In this document: positions 26,005 through 35,656 of the stretch, one piece after another
How the letters are laid out: each line of letters starts with the position of its first letter
How positions within the stretch are numbered: position 1 is the first letter of the stretch
DNA from: Anaerolineales bacterium
GTDB taxonomy: Bacteria; Chloroflexota; Anaerolineae; Anaerolineales; Villigracilaceae
Assembly: GCA_034411715.1 (NCBI GenBank)
Contig: DAOUMJ010000209.1
Location: 11,604 to 75,603, forward strand
Length of the DNA: 64,000 nucleotides
Reading direction: 5' to 3'
Notes under the pieces: generated by a model
The model's input: the letters and a program-made list of their open reading frames with translations, nothing else
What the model was told of the DNA's origin: nothing
Databases searched by the model: none
Made by a program: the position numbers and the translations under genes

Positions 26005-27432
26005 ATGGAAGCACAAACCAATCTTAGAGAAACGATCACCATCAATCCCAAACTGGCCCAGCGCATCAAAGACGAATTGGGACAGAACGTCTATCTCTGC
26101 TATCAATGCGTCAAATGCACCAGCGGCTGTCCGCTGGCGGAATATTTCGACTGGCAGCCCAACCAGGTCATGCGCGCCGTGCAACTGGGACAGGAGGACA
26201 TCGCCCTCCATGCAAAGACTCCGTGGCTGTGCGCGTCTTGCCAGGTTTGCGCGACGCGTTGCCCACAGGGGCTGGACGTGACGGGGATCATGGCCTTCCT
26301 GACGCGCGAAGCGATTCAAAACGGAATCGAACCCGAGGTCCCGGAGGTGGACGCGCTGAATCAAGCCTTCCAGCGCGAAGTGCGTCTGTGGGGACGATCC
26401 TATGAATTGGGATTGATGGCGGAGATGAAACTCCGCACCGGACGATTGACAGAGGACCTGGATCTCGGCGTGCGAATCATCGGCAAGAACAAACTGCCGT
26501 TCCTGCCCAAACGCGTGAGACCCCCGAAGCGCCCCAAGCCCGTGCCTGCCGCGGCAGACACGGTCGCTTACTACCCCGGATGTTCGCTCCACTCCACCGC
26601 CAAAGAATACGACGCCTCCGCCAAAGCCGTGTGCGAGGCGCTGGGGCTGAAATTGCACGAGCCGCCCGGCTGGGTCTGCTGCGGAAGCACGCCCATCCAT
26701 CGCGCCTACCCCGAAACCGCCCTGCGCCTGCCCATGGAAAACCTGCGCCTGGTCGAGCAAAGCGGACTGAACGAGGTGGTGATGCCCTGCGCGGCCTGCT
26801 TCAACCACACGCGCATGGCCTTGCACGAGATTCACCACGATCCGCAGCGAAAAGCGGAAGTGGAACAGGCGATGGGCTACGCTTATCGCGACCGCGTACG
26901 CGTCAGCGCGTTGTGCGAAGCGCTCTTCCGCCGCGTGGGCGCGCAGAAAGTCGCGGACAAAGTGAAACGTCCGCTGGCTGGCTTGCGCGTGGTCTGCTAT
27001 TACGGCTGTCTGTTGACGCGTCCGCCGCAGATCACCGGCGCGGCGCACCCGGAAAACCCGACCGAAATGGACGCGCTGATGTCCGCCCTGGGCGCGGAGG
27101 TGAAGGATTGGTCGTATAAAACCACCTGTTGCGGCGCGACCCATTCGCTTTCCCGCCCGGATATCGTCCGCAAACTCAGCAGTAATCTGATCGAACACGC
27201 CCGCGAGGCTGGCGCGGATGCGATGGCGGTCGCCTGTCCGCTGTGCCACACCAACCTGGACGCGCGCCAGTTCCAGATGAAACTGGAACAGCCGATGCCG
27301 ATCTTCTACTTCACGCAGTTGATGGCAATAGCCCTGGGCTTGCCCGAGAAAGCCGCGGCGCTCGAAAAGAACCTGGTTGATCCGCGCCCGTTGTTGCAAA
27401 GCAAAGCGATGCTGCGCGGCAATCACTCCTGA
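26005..27432 (+). CDS. Fused HdrC-like (2x4Fe-4S) / HdrB-like (two CCG domains) subunit
   Basis: 'CYQCVKCTSGCP...CASCQVCATRCP', then 'YYPGCSLHSTAKEY...WVCCGS' and 'CYYGCLLTRP...TTCCGA'. AAGGAG lies upstream. Confidence 0.85.
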   Translation: MEAQTNLRETITINPKLAQRIKDELGQNVYLCYQCVKCTSGCPLAEYFDWQPNQVMRAVQLGQEDIALHAKTPWLCASCQVCATRCPQGLDVTGIMAFLTREAIQNGIEPEVPEVDALNQAFQREVRLWGRSYELGLMAEMKLRTGRLTEDLDLGVRIIGKNKLPFLPKRVRPPKRPKPVPAAADTVAYYPGCSLHSTAKEYDASAKAVCEALGLKLHEPPGWVCCGSTPIHRAYPETALRLPMENLRLVEQSGLNEVVMPCAACFNHTRMALHEIHHDPQRKAEVEQAMGYAYRDRVRVSALCEALFRRVGAQKVADKVKRPLAGLRVVCYYGCLLTRPPQITGAAHPENPTEMDALMSALGAEVKDWSYKTTCCGATHSLSRPDIVRKLSSNLIEHAREAGADAMAVACPLCHTNLDARQFQMKLEQPMPIFYFTQLMAIALGLPEKAAALEKNLVDPRPLLQSKAMLRGNHS

Positions 27433-29216
27433 AACCCCGTCTTATACAACCTGAAATAATAGCCGCCCTTCTCCAGCAACTCGCGGTGATCCCCCTGCTC
27501 GATGACGCGGCCATCATGGATGACGACGATCCTGTCCGCGTTGGTGATGGTGGACAGGCGATGCGCGATGACGAAGGACGTGCGTCCCTTCAACAAGGTC
27601 GCGAGCGCGGATTGGATGACCTGCTCGGTTTGCGTATCCACCGAGGAGGTGGCTTCATCCAGAATCAGGATTCGAGGGTCGGCCAGCAGCGCGCGGGCGA
27701 AGGAGATGAGTTGCCGCTGACCCACCGATAGCAGAACGCCGCCCTCCTCCACCGATGTGTCGTAACCGTTTTTCAGTTGCGAAATAAATTCGTGCGCGCC
27801 AACGGCAGTCGCGGCGGCGATCACTTCGCCGTCGGCCGCGTCCAACCTTCCAAACAAAATATTTTCCTTCGCCGTCCCGTTGAACAGGAACGGGTCTTGC
27901 AGGACCATCCCCATTTGGCGGCGAAGCGACTGCTGAGTCGTCGTCCGCAGGTCGAAGCCGTCCACGAGCACGCGGCCCGAGGTCGGGTCGTGGAAGCGGG
28001 CCAGCAGTTTGACGAGGGTCGTCTTGCCCGCGCCCGTCTCGCCGACGAGGGCGACGGTCTCGCCGGCGCGGATGTCGAGAGAGATGCCGTCCAGCACGAG
28101 GGTCGGATCGTCGGCGTAATGGAACGAAACGCCGTCGAAGCGGACGTCCCCGCGCAGGGGCGGGAGGCCGCGGGCGTCGGGAGCGTCCTGCACTTCCACT
28201 TCGGAATCGAGCAGGGCCAGGATGCGCTCCCCGCCTGCCATGGTGGACTGGAGGTCGTTGAAGCGGCGGCTCAGGTCGCGGATCGGCTCGAAGAAGCGGT
28301 CAACGTAAAGGATGAAGGCCACCAGCACGCCGGCGGTGATCTGCTCGCCCAATACCGCCGCGCCGCCAAGCCAGACGACCAGCATGACAGCGATGGCGCC
28401 CAGCGCGTCCACGGTGGGGCCGAAGAACGAGGCGATGCGCGCCGCGTGGATCGAGCGCTCCAGGTGATAGCGGTTGACAGTATCGGCAAATTGCCGGTAA
28501 TTGTAGCCCTGGCGCGAAAAAGCCTGCACCACGCGCACCGCGTTGACGTTTTCCGCCAGCACCGAGTTGACCCACGAGACGGCGGCGCGCACCTTGCGGT
28601 AGGCGGCGCGCGAGACGCGGCGGAAGTAGACCGTCGCCAGCGCCATCAGCGGCAGGACGCTGAAGGTGATGAGCGCCAGCCGCAGGTTCATGGTCAGCAT
28701 GATGACGACGATGAAGAAGAGGGTGAACAGGTCGCGGGTGATGGCCAGCACCGCCCAGGTCAGGAAGTCGCGCAGGGTTTCCACGTCGTTGACGACGCGG
28801 GTGATGATGCGTCCCACCGAGTAGCGGCTGTAGAAGCCGAGCGAGAGTTCCTGCAGGCGGCGGAAGAGGGTGAGGCGCACGTCGTAGATGACGGACTGTC
28901 CCACCCAGGCCATCAGGTTGACGCGCAGGTAAATGAAAAGCCATTGCAGAACCGCCGCGCCCAGGTAGGCCAGGACGATCCAGCGCAGGGAGTCGTAATC
29001 CCGCGCTGCCAGGCCGTTGTCAATGGCGAGTTTGACGAAATACGGCCCCGCGACCGCCGCGGCCGAGGCGCCCAGCATCAGCAGCATGGCAAGGAACAAT
29101 TTCCAGGCATAGGGCCGCGCAAAGGCGAACAGCCGCCGCGCCACGCGCGGGTCGTAGGATTTGTCGTATTGTTCTTCGGATTGAATCACATAAGAGGGTG
29201 GAGTGATGGTGGTCAT
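27423..29216 (-). CDS. ABC exporter, fused permease/ATPase
   Basis: Six-TM N-terminal half. Walker A 'GETGAGKTT', signature 'LSVGQRQ', Walker B 'ILILDEATS'. Convergent 10-nt overlap with hdrCB. Confidence 0.9.
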   Translation of the reverse strand: MTTITPPSYVIQSEEQYDKSYDPRVARRLFAFARPYAWKLFLAMLLMLGASAAAVAGPYFVKLAIDNGLAARDYDSLRWIVLAYLGAAVLQWLFIYLRVNLMAWVGQSVIYDVRLTLFRRLQELSLGFYSRYSVGRIITRVVNDVETLRDFLTWAVLAITRDLFTLFFIVVIMLTMNLRLALITFSVLPLMALATVYFRRVSRAAYRKVRAAVSWVNSVLAENVNAVRVVQAFSRQGYNYRQFADTVNRYHLERSIHAARIASFFGPTVDALGAIAVMLVVWLGGAAVLGEQITAGVLVAFILYVDRFFEPIRDLSRRFNDLQSTMAGGERILALLDSEVEVQDAPDARGLPPLRGDVRFDGVSFHYADDPTLVLDGISLDIRAGETVALVGETGAGKTTLVKLLARFHDPTSGRVLVDGFDLRTTTQQSLRRQMGMVLQDPFLFNGTAKENILFGRLDAADGEVIAAATAVGAHEFISQLKNGYDTSVEEGGVLLSVGQRQLISFARALLADPRILILDEATSSVDTQTEQVIQSALATLLKGRTSFVIAHRLSTITNADRIVVIHDGRVIEQGDHRELLEKGGYYFRLYKTGFQE

Positions 29217-29223
29217 TGGGTAT

Positions 29224-29264
29224 GTGTCAGGTTTCAGGTTTCAAGTGTCAGGTTTCAAGGTGTC
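29224..29264. repeat. Reverse-complement copy of the CCTGAAA/CCTGACA heptamer array (between the two ABC genes)
   Basis: GTGTCAGGTTTCAGGTTTCAAGTGTCAGGTTTCAAGGTGTC. Confidence 0.8.
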
Positions 29265-31111
29265 GCCGTCCTGAGCGGACTCCCCTCTCCCCGAATGGGG
29301 AGAGGGGTTGGGAAGGGCGGAGTGACCAGCGGATAGGAAGCGGATAATCGGATGGAAGGCGCGCTATCCGCTTCTTCGGACGGTTTGTATTGCATCAACT
29401 GCAAATCGTGAATCTCCCGGTACAGCCCGCCCTGGGCCAGCAGTTCGGCGTGGCGGCCGCGCTGGACGATGCGCCCGTCGTCCATCACCAGGATCAGGTC
29501 GGCGCGGCGGACGGTGGCGAGGCGGTGGGCGATGACGAAGGTGGTGCGGCCTTCCATCAGGCGGTCGAGCGCTTCCTGGATCAACTTTTCGGTCTGCGTG
29601 TCCACGCTGGAGGTGGAGTCGTCCAAAATCAAAATGCGCGGGTCCATCAGCAGGGCGCGGGCGATGGCCACGCGCTGGCGCTGTCCGCCGCTCAGGGTCA
29701 CGCCGCGCTCGCCGACCAGGGTGTCGTACCCTTTTGGAAATCCCACGATGAAATCGTGCGCCTGCGCGGCCCGCGCCGCGGCGACGATCTCCTCCTCGCC
29801 GGCGTCGGGGCGGCCATAGGCGACGTTGGCGCGGATCGTATCGGAGAACAACAGCGAGGTTTGCAGGACGATGCCGATCTGCTTTCGCAACGAGAGCAGG
29901 TCCACCGTCCGCACGTCGCGGCCGTCCACCAGCAGCGCGCCCTCGGTCACGTCGTAGAAGCGCGGGATGAGATTGACGAGCGAGGTCTTGCCCGAGCCCG
30001 TCCCCCCGATCAGCGCGACGAGTTGGTTCGGCTCCACGGCCAGGTGGATGCCGGTCAGCGCGACCGACTTCTCGTCCTGATAGCGAAGCGAGACGCCGCG
30101 GAATTCGACGCGGCCGCGCAGGGCGGGAAGAACCTCCGCTTCGCGCGGCGACCGAATGGCGGGTTCCGTTTCGAGAATCTCCAGCGCACGCTGGGCGCCC
30201 GCGCCCGCCTCCCCCGCCGCGTTGACCAGCCAGGCGATCTGCTGGACGGGCGCGGAAAGCATCAGCCAGTAGGCGTTGAAGGCCACGATCCCGCCGACGG
30301 TCAGCCTGCCTTCGAGAACCATCCGCCCGCCGAAGATCAGGATGAGGATTGTGCCGAGGGCGATCAGCAGGTTGGTGGTGGGCATGACCTTGGACCATTC
30401 GCCGATGATGCGGACGCGCGAGTCGAAGTACGTGCGGTTGGCCTGCTCGAAGCGTCCGATCTCGTAGGGTTCGCGGGCGAAGGCGCGCACCACCTGCACG
30501 CCGCTGACGCTCTCCTGCAAGCGGGTCGAGAGGTCGCCGAGGGCCGTGTCCACCCTGTAGAACAAGCGCGTGACGCGCCCGCCGAAGTCGGCGGTGATCA
30601 TCACCATCGGGATCAGCGGCAGGAGCGCGATGGCCGCCAGGCGGGAGTCCGCCGAGAACAGGGCGGCCGTCACGCCGACGGCGATGAAGGCCAGTTGGAC
30701 GATCTCGATGAGGCTGCCGCCGGCGAAGTTCTGGATGGCGCGCACGTCTTCGATGCAGCGGGTGATCAGTTGTCCCGTCTGGGCGTGATCGTGGTACGTG
30801 AAGGGCAGATGCTGGATGCGGTCGTACATCGCGTTGCGCAGGTCATAGCCGATGCGCGCGGCCACCCACTCGGAGAAATAGCGCTGGAAGAAATTGAGCA
30901 GGGCGGTCGTTAATCCCAGTCCCAGCAGGATCAGGGCGGCGCGCGCGAGGTAATCCGTCTCGCCCTGAAGCAGTCCCTGATCCACCACGTCCTTGAGGAT
31001 GCGCGGGACGATCAGCGAAAGGCCGGTGATGACCAGCAGGATGAGCAGGTTGAGCAGGAGTTTGCCGAGGTAGGGTTTGAGGTAGGAGCGGAGTTTGAAA
31101 AGATAGTTCAT
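29255..31111 (-). CDS. ABC exporter, fused permease/ATPase, with a repeat-encoded C-terminal tail
   Basis: Walker A 'GGTGSGKTS', 'LSGGQRQR', 'ILILDDSTS'. The last ~40 aa ('...PPFPTPLPIRGEGSPLRTATP') run through the hairpin repeat at 29282-29307. Confidence 0.88.
   Translation of the reverse strand: MNYLFKLRSYLKPYLGKLLLNLLILLVITGLSLIVPRILKDVVDQGLLQGETDYLARAALILLGLGLTTALLNFFQRYFSEWVAARIGYDLRNAMYDRIQHLPFTYHDHAQTGQLITRCIEDVRAIQNFAGGSLIEIVQLAFIAVGVTAALFSADSRLAAIALLPLIPMVMITADFGGRVTRLFYRVDTALGDLSTRLQESVSGVQVVRAFAREPYEIGRFEQANRTYFDSRVRIIGEWSKVMPTTNLLIALGTILILIFGGRMVLEGRLTVGGIVAFNAYWLMLSAPVQQIAWLVNAAGEAGAGAQRALEILETEPAIRSPREAEVLPALRGRVEFRGVSLRYQDEKSVALTGIHLAVEPNQLVALIGGTGSGKTSLVNLIPRFYDVTEGALLVDGRDVRTVDLLSLRKQIGIVLQTSLLFSDTIRANVAYGRPDAGEEEIVAAARAAQAHDFIVGFPKGYDTLVGERGVTLSGGQRQRVAIARALLMDPRILILDDSTSSVDTQTEKLIQEALDRLMEGRTTFVIAHRLATVRRADLILVMDDGRIVQRGRHAELLAQGGLYREIHDLQLMQYKPSEEADSAPSIRLSASYPLVTPPFPTPLPIRGEGSPLRTATP
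29282..29307. repeat. CCCCTCTCCCC...GGGGAGAGGGG hairpin in the 3' tail of the ABC exporter gene
   Basis: 11-bp stem with loop GAAT. Same family as 21947-21972. Confidence 0.8.
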
Positions 31112-31112
31112 T

Positions 31113-31240
31113 GGTTGCGTAGTTTGGTAGTGGGTAGTTGGGTAGTTGGGTAGTTATGTAGTTTGGTAGTTGTGTAGTTCGGTAGTCGATTCGTCGAGTG
31201 GTCAAATGGTCGGATAGTCTGATAGTCGGGTGGTTGGATG
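31113..31240. repeat. GGTAGTTG-type direct octamer array (~15 units) between the ABC exporter start and marR
   Basis: GCGTAGTT TGGTAGTG GGTAGTTG GGTAGTTG GGTAGTTA TGTAGTTT GGTAGTTG TGTAGTTC GGTAGTCG ... GGTCAAAT GGTCGGAT AGTCTGAT AGTCGGGT. Confidence 0.85.
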
Positions 31241-31307
31241 AGGCGCGGAGTCCAACGTCTCCAGACGTTGGGGAAAAGCCTGGAGACTTTTGAGTCCGCT
31301 TAAACGA

Positions 31308-31748
31308 TTAGGGTGTGGGGTAATTGAATGCGGCGCGCAGGAGGGAAAGCGCCTGCCCGATCTGCTCGGTCTGTGCGGGCAGAAGGGACTGGAAGCGTTC
31401 GGCCAGCCAGGCTTCCGTCTCGGCACGGATGGCGGAGAGGACGCGCTGCCCCTCCTCGGTCAACGAGAGATGGACGCGGCGGCGGTCGCGGCTGTCGGCG
31501 AGGCGCGTCACCAGTTTCCTGTTGACCAGCGCGTCCACCGCCCGGCTGGCTTGTGAGCGGCCGAGGCGTCCCTCCTCGGCCAGCGCGCTGACGGAATCGT
31601 GTCCCTTGCGGATGCGCCGCAGCGCCTGGAACTGCTCCACGGTCAGCCCGAAGCGCTCGGCCGCCACGCCGCGAATCTGGCCGCGCGTCTGCCGCCATAC
31701 GGGAGGGATGGTCTCCCAGAATTTTTCGATCAAATCGGTGGTTGACAT
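31308..31748 (-). CDS. MarR-family transcriptional regulator
   Basis: Start placed at ATG 31748 ('MSTTDLIEKFWE'). Winged-helix 'VSALAEEGRLGRSQASRAVDALVNRKLVTRLADSRDRRRVHLSLTEEG'. Lies next to the two ABC exporter genes on the same strand. Confidence 0.8.
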   Translation of the reverse strand: MSTTDLIEKFWETIPPVWRQTRGQIRGVAAERFGLTVEQFQALRRIRKGHDSVSALAEEGRLGRSQASRAVDALVNRKLVTRLADSRDRRRVHLSLTEEGQRVLSAIRAETEAWLAERFQSLLPAQTEQIGQALSLLRAAFNYPTP

Positions 31749-31950
31749 GGAATTGGCTGCGCTCCAGAATAGTTGCGTTTTGAAACTATTATAGCACAGG
31801 AGGATGCCCGCTTTTTGGGGAGAAGAACGAAGAAGGCGCGCGTAAACCATGTCAGTGGGACAAGTCCATAGCGAAACCATGCTTTTGGGCGAGGGATGGT
31901 AAAATCACAACACAAAAAGCGATCATCTCTTACGGAAACAGGGAAATCTC

Positions 31951-34656
31951 ATGCCAACGATCAACCGCTACGAAAGACAATTCCTCGACGCGCTGAAAGA
32001 CATCTTCGTCGGCGCAAAAGTGGAAGGGGATTCGGGCTACATCAACCTGATGAAGATCAAGTCGCGCTATTTTACCGCGGGCGTCTTTCCGCAGTTAATG
32101 AAAGACATCGAAAAAGCCTGCAAGCCTTTTGAGAAGCCCTTCCGCGAGGAATTGTTCGATAAACTCTACGATTTCTTCAAGCGTTATTTCAGCGAAAGCG
32201 GCTCGATCTATTTCCGCTATACGGCTTTGCACAACAACGTGTACGAGAGGGTGTACACCGACGACCGCGACGTGATGTTGTTCTGGAAGACGCACATGCT
32301 GTATTACGTCAAGACCGACCGATTGTTCAACAGCATGGAAATCGAAGTGGACGGCGAGAAATTCTTCTTCGACGTTTCGGGGATGGAACTTAAACGCGCC
32401 AACGAAAAGCGCGAGTTGACCTACGCCTTTCAGTCATACAAAAGCGGCAAAGCAATTTTGTCCGTTGGTTATTCCGAAAAGGGACGCAAGACCAAGATTG
32501 ACGACATCCTGCGCGCCTTGAAGGAAAAGGGCATCACGCTCGGCGAAGAGACGCTCGAAAAAGCCTTCCGCGTTTTCGAGAAGCAAAGCGAAGTGGATTA
32601 CTTCATCAACAAGAACGCCAAAGCCTTCCTCAAAGAGCAATTCGACTTATGGCGGTATCAATATGTGTTTTCAGGCGAGAGCGACTTCGACGAGACGCGT
32701 CTGAAACAACTGCAAGCCATCAAGGGCATTGCCTACAAGATCATTGACTTCATCGCCCAATTTGAAGACGAACTGGTGCGCGTGTGGAATAAACCCAAGT
32801 TTGTTAGAAACTCGCACTACATCATCACCCTCGACCACGTCATTGCGAGAAGCGGAGCGACGAAGCAATCTCCCAATGGCAAGAAGAAAGGCCGCGAACA
32901 GGGGATTGCTTCGGGTCTCGATACGGCGGGAGAACGCCGCCTACTCGACCCTCGCAATGACGGACTGCTTGCGAAGATTTTCGCCCACAAAGGCATGAAA
33001 GTTCAATTGCAGGAATGGCAGGATTTGGGCATGGTGGATTCCAGGTTCAAACTCGACCAGGTTCTCGAAAAGGACTTGCTCGGCGAACCCATTCACCCGC
33101 AAGTTCAATTCCTGCCGCTGGACACCAAATATTTCCCCGATTTGGAACTGGATATTCTGGCGCTCTTCGACGATCTCGATTCTGCTCTGGATGGCTGGTT
33201 GATTCACAGCGAGAATTATCAGGCGCTGAATACGTTTTCGCGGAAATTTCAGGAGCGAGTGAAGTGCGTACATATTGATCCGCCGTACAATACGGAAACA
33301 AGCGGCTTTCTTTACGCAAATACATACCAACATTCCAGTTGGCTTACAATGATGGAAAATCGCATCGCAGAAAGTGTGGGGTTTTTGACACGAGACGGTT
33401 CAGTGTTATGTCACATTGACGAAAACGAATACGAAAGATTGCATTTGCTGTTTGAGCAACTCTCTATCCCAAACGCAGGTACCATAACATGGGACAAAAG
33501 AAATCCGATGAATTCGGGAAGCGGTATAGCAACTCAACACGAGTATATTGTTTGGAGAACCAAGCAAGAATCCCCGATTTACCTTAGAAACGAGAGCGTT
33601 TTAGAAATGCTTCAAGTGGCGCGCGAGTTGGTGAAGAAATACGGAAAAGGATCGGAGAAGGCTCAGAAAGAATATGCGACATGGGTGACAAATAATGAAA
33701 ACTTATCAGGAGGCGAAAAGGCTTATCGTTATCTTGATAAGGAGGGTGTAGTCTATCAAAGCGTAAGTTTGAGAGCTCCCGAACCAAGAACCGACCCCAA
33801 GTTCTTTGTACCCTTAATTCATCCTGTCACCAAGAAACCCTGCGCCGTTCCTCCAAATGGGTTTTCTCGAACTCCCGACACTCTGAAGAGAATGGTGGAT
33901 GACGGCGAGATCATTTTTGGTGATGATGAGACAACGCAACCCCGACAAAAAGTGCCGCTAACCGAAGGGAAAAGAAGACAAATTGCATCACTCATTCAAG
34001 ACGGTAAAAAGGGTAAAGCAGACTTAGATTTACTGGGACTTGATTTTCCTTACTGTCATCCAGTTTCTCTATATGAGAGATTGACGGGTGCGGCATCGGA
34101 TTCCCCCGATGACATTGTTCTAGATTTCTTTGCTGGTTCTGGAACAACTGCGCATGCTGTATTCAAGTTGAATCGTCTCGATAACGGCAAGCGCAAGTAC
34201 ATTCTGGTCGAAATGGGCGAGCATTTCAACACGGTCATCTTGCCGCGCGTCAAGAAGGTTGCCTTTAACGATACATGGAAAGACGGCAAGGCACAGGCAG
34301 GCAAAGGCATCAGCCACTTTGCCAAGTACTTTGAACTGGAACAATACGAAGACGCCCTGCGCCGCGCCCGCTATGAAGAAAGCGATCTGTTCGCCGCCAG
34401 TGACGCCTACACCAGTTACGTCTTCCTGCGCGACTTGAAAATGCTCGAGGCGGTGTCGCTCGACAAGATGAAGAACAAGGTGGATGTCCAGTTGGATAAA
34501 CTCTACGATGGCATTGACCTGGCTGAAACGCTCTCGTGCGTCACGGGCAAGTGGATCAAGCGTATTACCAAAGATATGGTCGAGTTTCAGGATGGCACAT
34601 CCGCAAGTTTGACGGAGCCTGATTGGGCGCTGGTCAAGCCGTTGGTGTGGTGGTAA
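31951..34656 (+). CDS. mod: Type III-like R-M DNA methyltransferase (beta-class N6A/N4C, 901 aa) with a long N-terminal domain
   Basis: Motif IV 'VHIDPPYNT' (DPPY at 33277-33288) precedes motif I 'LDFFAGSGTTAHA' (from 34123). N-terminal 'EVDYFINKNAKAFLKEQFDLW' box. In-frame hairpin repeat at 32839-32961. Confidence 0.85.
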   Translation: MPTINRYERQFLDALKDIFVGAKVEGDSGYINLMKIKSRYFTAGVFPQLMKDIEKACKPFEKPFREELFDKLYDFFKRYFSESGSIYFRYTALHNNVYERVYTDDRDVMLFWKTHMLYYVKTDRLFNSMEIEVDGEKFFFDVSGMELKRANEKRELTYAFQSYKSGKAILSVGYSEKGRKTKIDDILRALKEKGITLGEETLEKAFRVFEKQSEVDYFINKNAKAFLKEQFDLWRYQYVFSGESDFDETRLKQLQAIKGIAYKIIDFIAQFEDELVRVWNKPKFVRNSHYIITLDHVIARSGATKQSPNGKKKGREQGIASGLDTAGERRLLDPRNDGLLAKIFAHKGMKVQLQEWQDLGMVDSRFKLDQVLEKDLLGEPIHPQVQFLPLDTKYFPDLELDILALFDDLDSALDGWLIHSENYQALNTFSRKFQERVKCVHIDPPYNTETSGFLYANTYQHSSWLTMMENRIAESVGFLTRDGSVLCHIDENEYERLHLLFEQLSIPNAGTITWDKRNPMNSGSGIATQHEYIVWRTKQESPIYLRNESVLEMLQVARELVKKYGKGSEKAQKEYATWVTNNENLSGGEKAYRYLDKEGVVYQSVSLRAPEPRTDPKFFVPLIHPVTKKPCAVPPNGFSRTPDTLKRMVDDGEIIFGDDETTQPRQKVPLTEGKRRQIASLIQDGKKGKADLDLLGLDFPYCHPVSLYERLTGAASDSPDDIVLDFFAGSGTTAHAVFKLNRLDNGKRKYILVEMGEHFNTVILPRVKKVAFNDTWKDGKAQAGKGISHFAKYFELEQYEDALRRARYEESDLFAASDAYTSYVFLRDLKMLEAVSLDKMKNKVDVQLDKLYDGIDLAETLSCVTGKWIKRITKDMVEFQDGTSASLTEPDWALVKPLVWW
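32839..32961. repeat. GTCATTGCGAG...CTCGCAATGAC nested-hairpin element in frame in mod (123 nt = 41 codons)
   Basis: Outer arms GTCATTGCGAG / CTCGCAATGAC. Inner GAAGCAATCTCCC / GGGGATTGCTTC. Translates to 'VIARSGATKQSPNGKKKGREQGIASGLDTAGERRLLDPRND'. Confidence 0.85.
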
Positions 34657-34823
34657 CCGTCCACGAATGAAACCACGAATGCACGAATGACCATGCTCGT
34701 ATTCGTTTATTCGTGAACAATTCGTGGATGGTCGGCGATGGAAGAACCGTCCACGAATGAAACCACGAATGCACGAATGTTGGCGGTGCGGAATTCGTTT
34801 ACTCGTGAACAATTCGTGGATGG
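34657..34823. repeat. Two tandem ~77-nt CACGAAT-family hairpin elements (period 90 nt) right after the mod stop
   Basis: Each copy: CCGTCCACGAATGAAACCACGAATGCACGAATG-(loop)-ATTCGTTTAYTCGTGAACAATTCGTGGATGG. Copies at 34657-34732 and 34747-34823. Confidence 0.9.
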
Positions 34824-34844
34824 AGCTTTTTGAAAGGAGACCCT

Positions 34845-35282
34845 ATGTCACTTGTAACGGACGCAACTGGAAACGACCTGACATATAAAATCATCGGCCT
34901 TGCTATGGAAGTCCATAATGAGATTGGGCATGGCTTCAAGGAGGATGTGTACGAGAAGGCGATGGAAGTCAAGCTCAACCATGCGGGCATGGAACCCTTC
35001 CGTCAACATGAAGTATTCGTTGATTTTGAAGGAGAAAGGGTTGCAACCTTCTATTTGGATTTATTTCCAAACAGGCAGGTGGTGGTCGAGATCAAGGCGT
35101 TCAGCCACCAACTGACCAACGATGAACTGGCGCAAGTCATAAACTACTTGAAGGCCGCTGGCGCGCCTGTGAGTCTGTTGCTCAATTTTGGACGCAGAAG
35201 ATTGGAATATCGGCGCATCTTCCCTGGCAAGGATATGAAACCTGTGCAGCGAATTGGCAGGGATAATGCCATCAAAAGGTGA
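34845..35282 (+). CDS. GxxExxY-family protein (PD-(D/E)XK-like small protein)
   Basis: Start at ATG 34845 after AGGAG. 'IGLAMEVHNEIGHGFKEDVYEKAMEVKL' (G-FK-E-DV-Y), 'VVVEIKA', 'QVINYLKAAGAPVSLLLNFG'. Flanked by CACGAAT-type repeats. Confidence 0.8.
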   Translation: MSLVTDATGNDLTYKIIGLAMEVHNEIGHGFKEDVYEKAMEVKLNHAGMEPFRQHEVFVDFEGERVATFYLDLFPNRQVVVEIKAFSHQLTNDELAQVINYLKAAGAPVSLLLNFGRRRLEYRRIFPGKDMKPVQRIGRDNAIKR

Positions 35283-35293
35283 CATTGCTTCCA

Positions 35294-35392
35294 AATTCGT
35301 TTATTCGTGAAATATTCGTGGATGGTCTGCCCCGCGAAACCATCCAAGAATGATGCCGCGAATTCGTTTATTCGTGATAAATTCGTGGACGG
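35294..35392. repeat. CACGAAT-family arms downstream of the GxxExxY gene
   Basis: ATTCGTTTATTCGTGAAATATTCGTGGATGG ... CCATCCAAGAATG ... GAATTCGTTTATTCGTGATAAATTCGTGGACGG. Confidence 0.85.
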
Positions 35393-35407
35393 TTCATACT
35401 GGAGCAA

Positions 35408-35656
35408 ATGATGAGTTCTTTATTTTCCGATACCCATCCCAAAATGGAAGCCCTGCAAATCGAATTGATTCGGCACATGCCATCGTGGAAAAAGATCTCC
35501 ATGGTGGACAGCCTGAACGAAACGGTGAAAACACTGGCGGTCAGCGGCATTAAACAACGACATCCCGAAGCGACGCCCGAACAAATCCGCCGCATGTTGG
35601 CGGAAATCGTGCTCGGCCTGGAACTGGCGCGAAAGGTATACGACCATGCAAGGTGA
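35408..35656 (+). CDS. Small hypothetical protein (82 aa), probable partner of the downstream nucleotidyltransferase
   Basis: GGAG lies upstream. Overlaps the next ORF by 11 nt, suggesting translational coupling. No recognisable motif. Confidence 0.5.
   Translation: MMSSLFSDTHPKMEALQIELIRHMPSWKKISMVDSLNETVKTLAVSGIKQRHPEATPEQIRRMLAEIVLGLELARKVYDHAR

Noticed and set aside
31113-31240. Short-unit tandem arrays as possible CRISPR arrays (also 34657-34823, 18292-18523, 9379-9468).
   Set aside because: The unit period is 7-8 nt with no unique spacers, or two 77-nt hairpins at a 90-nt period. No cas genes are present. The architecture is palindromic, not repeat-spacer.
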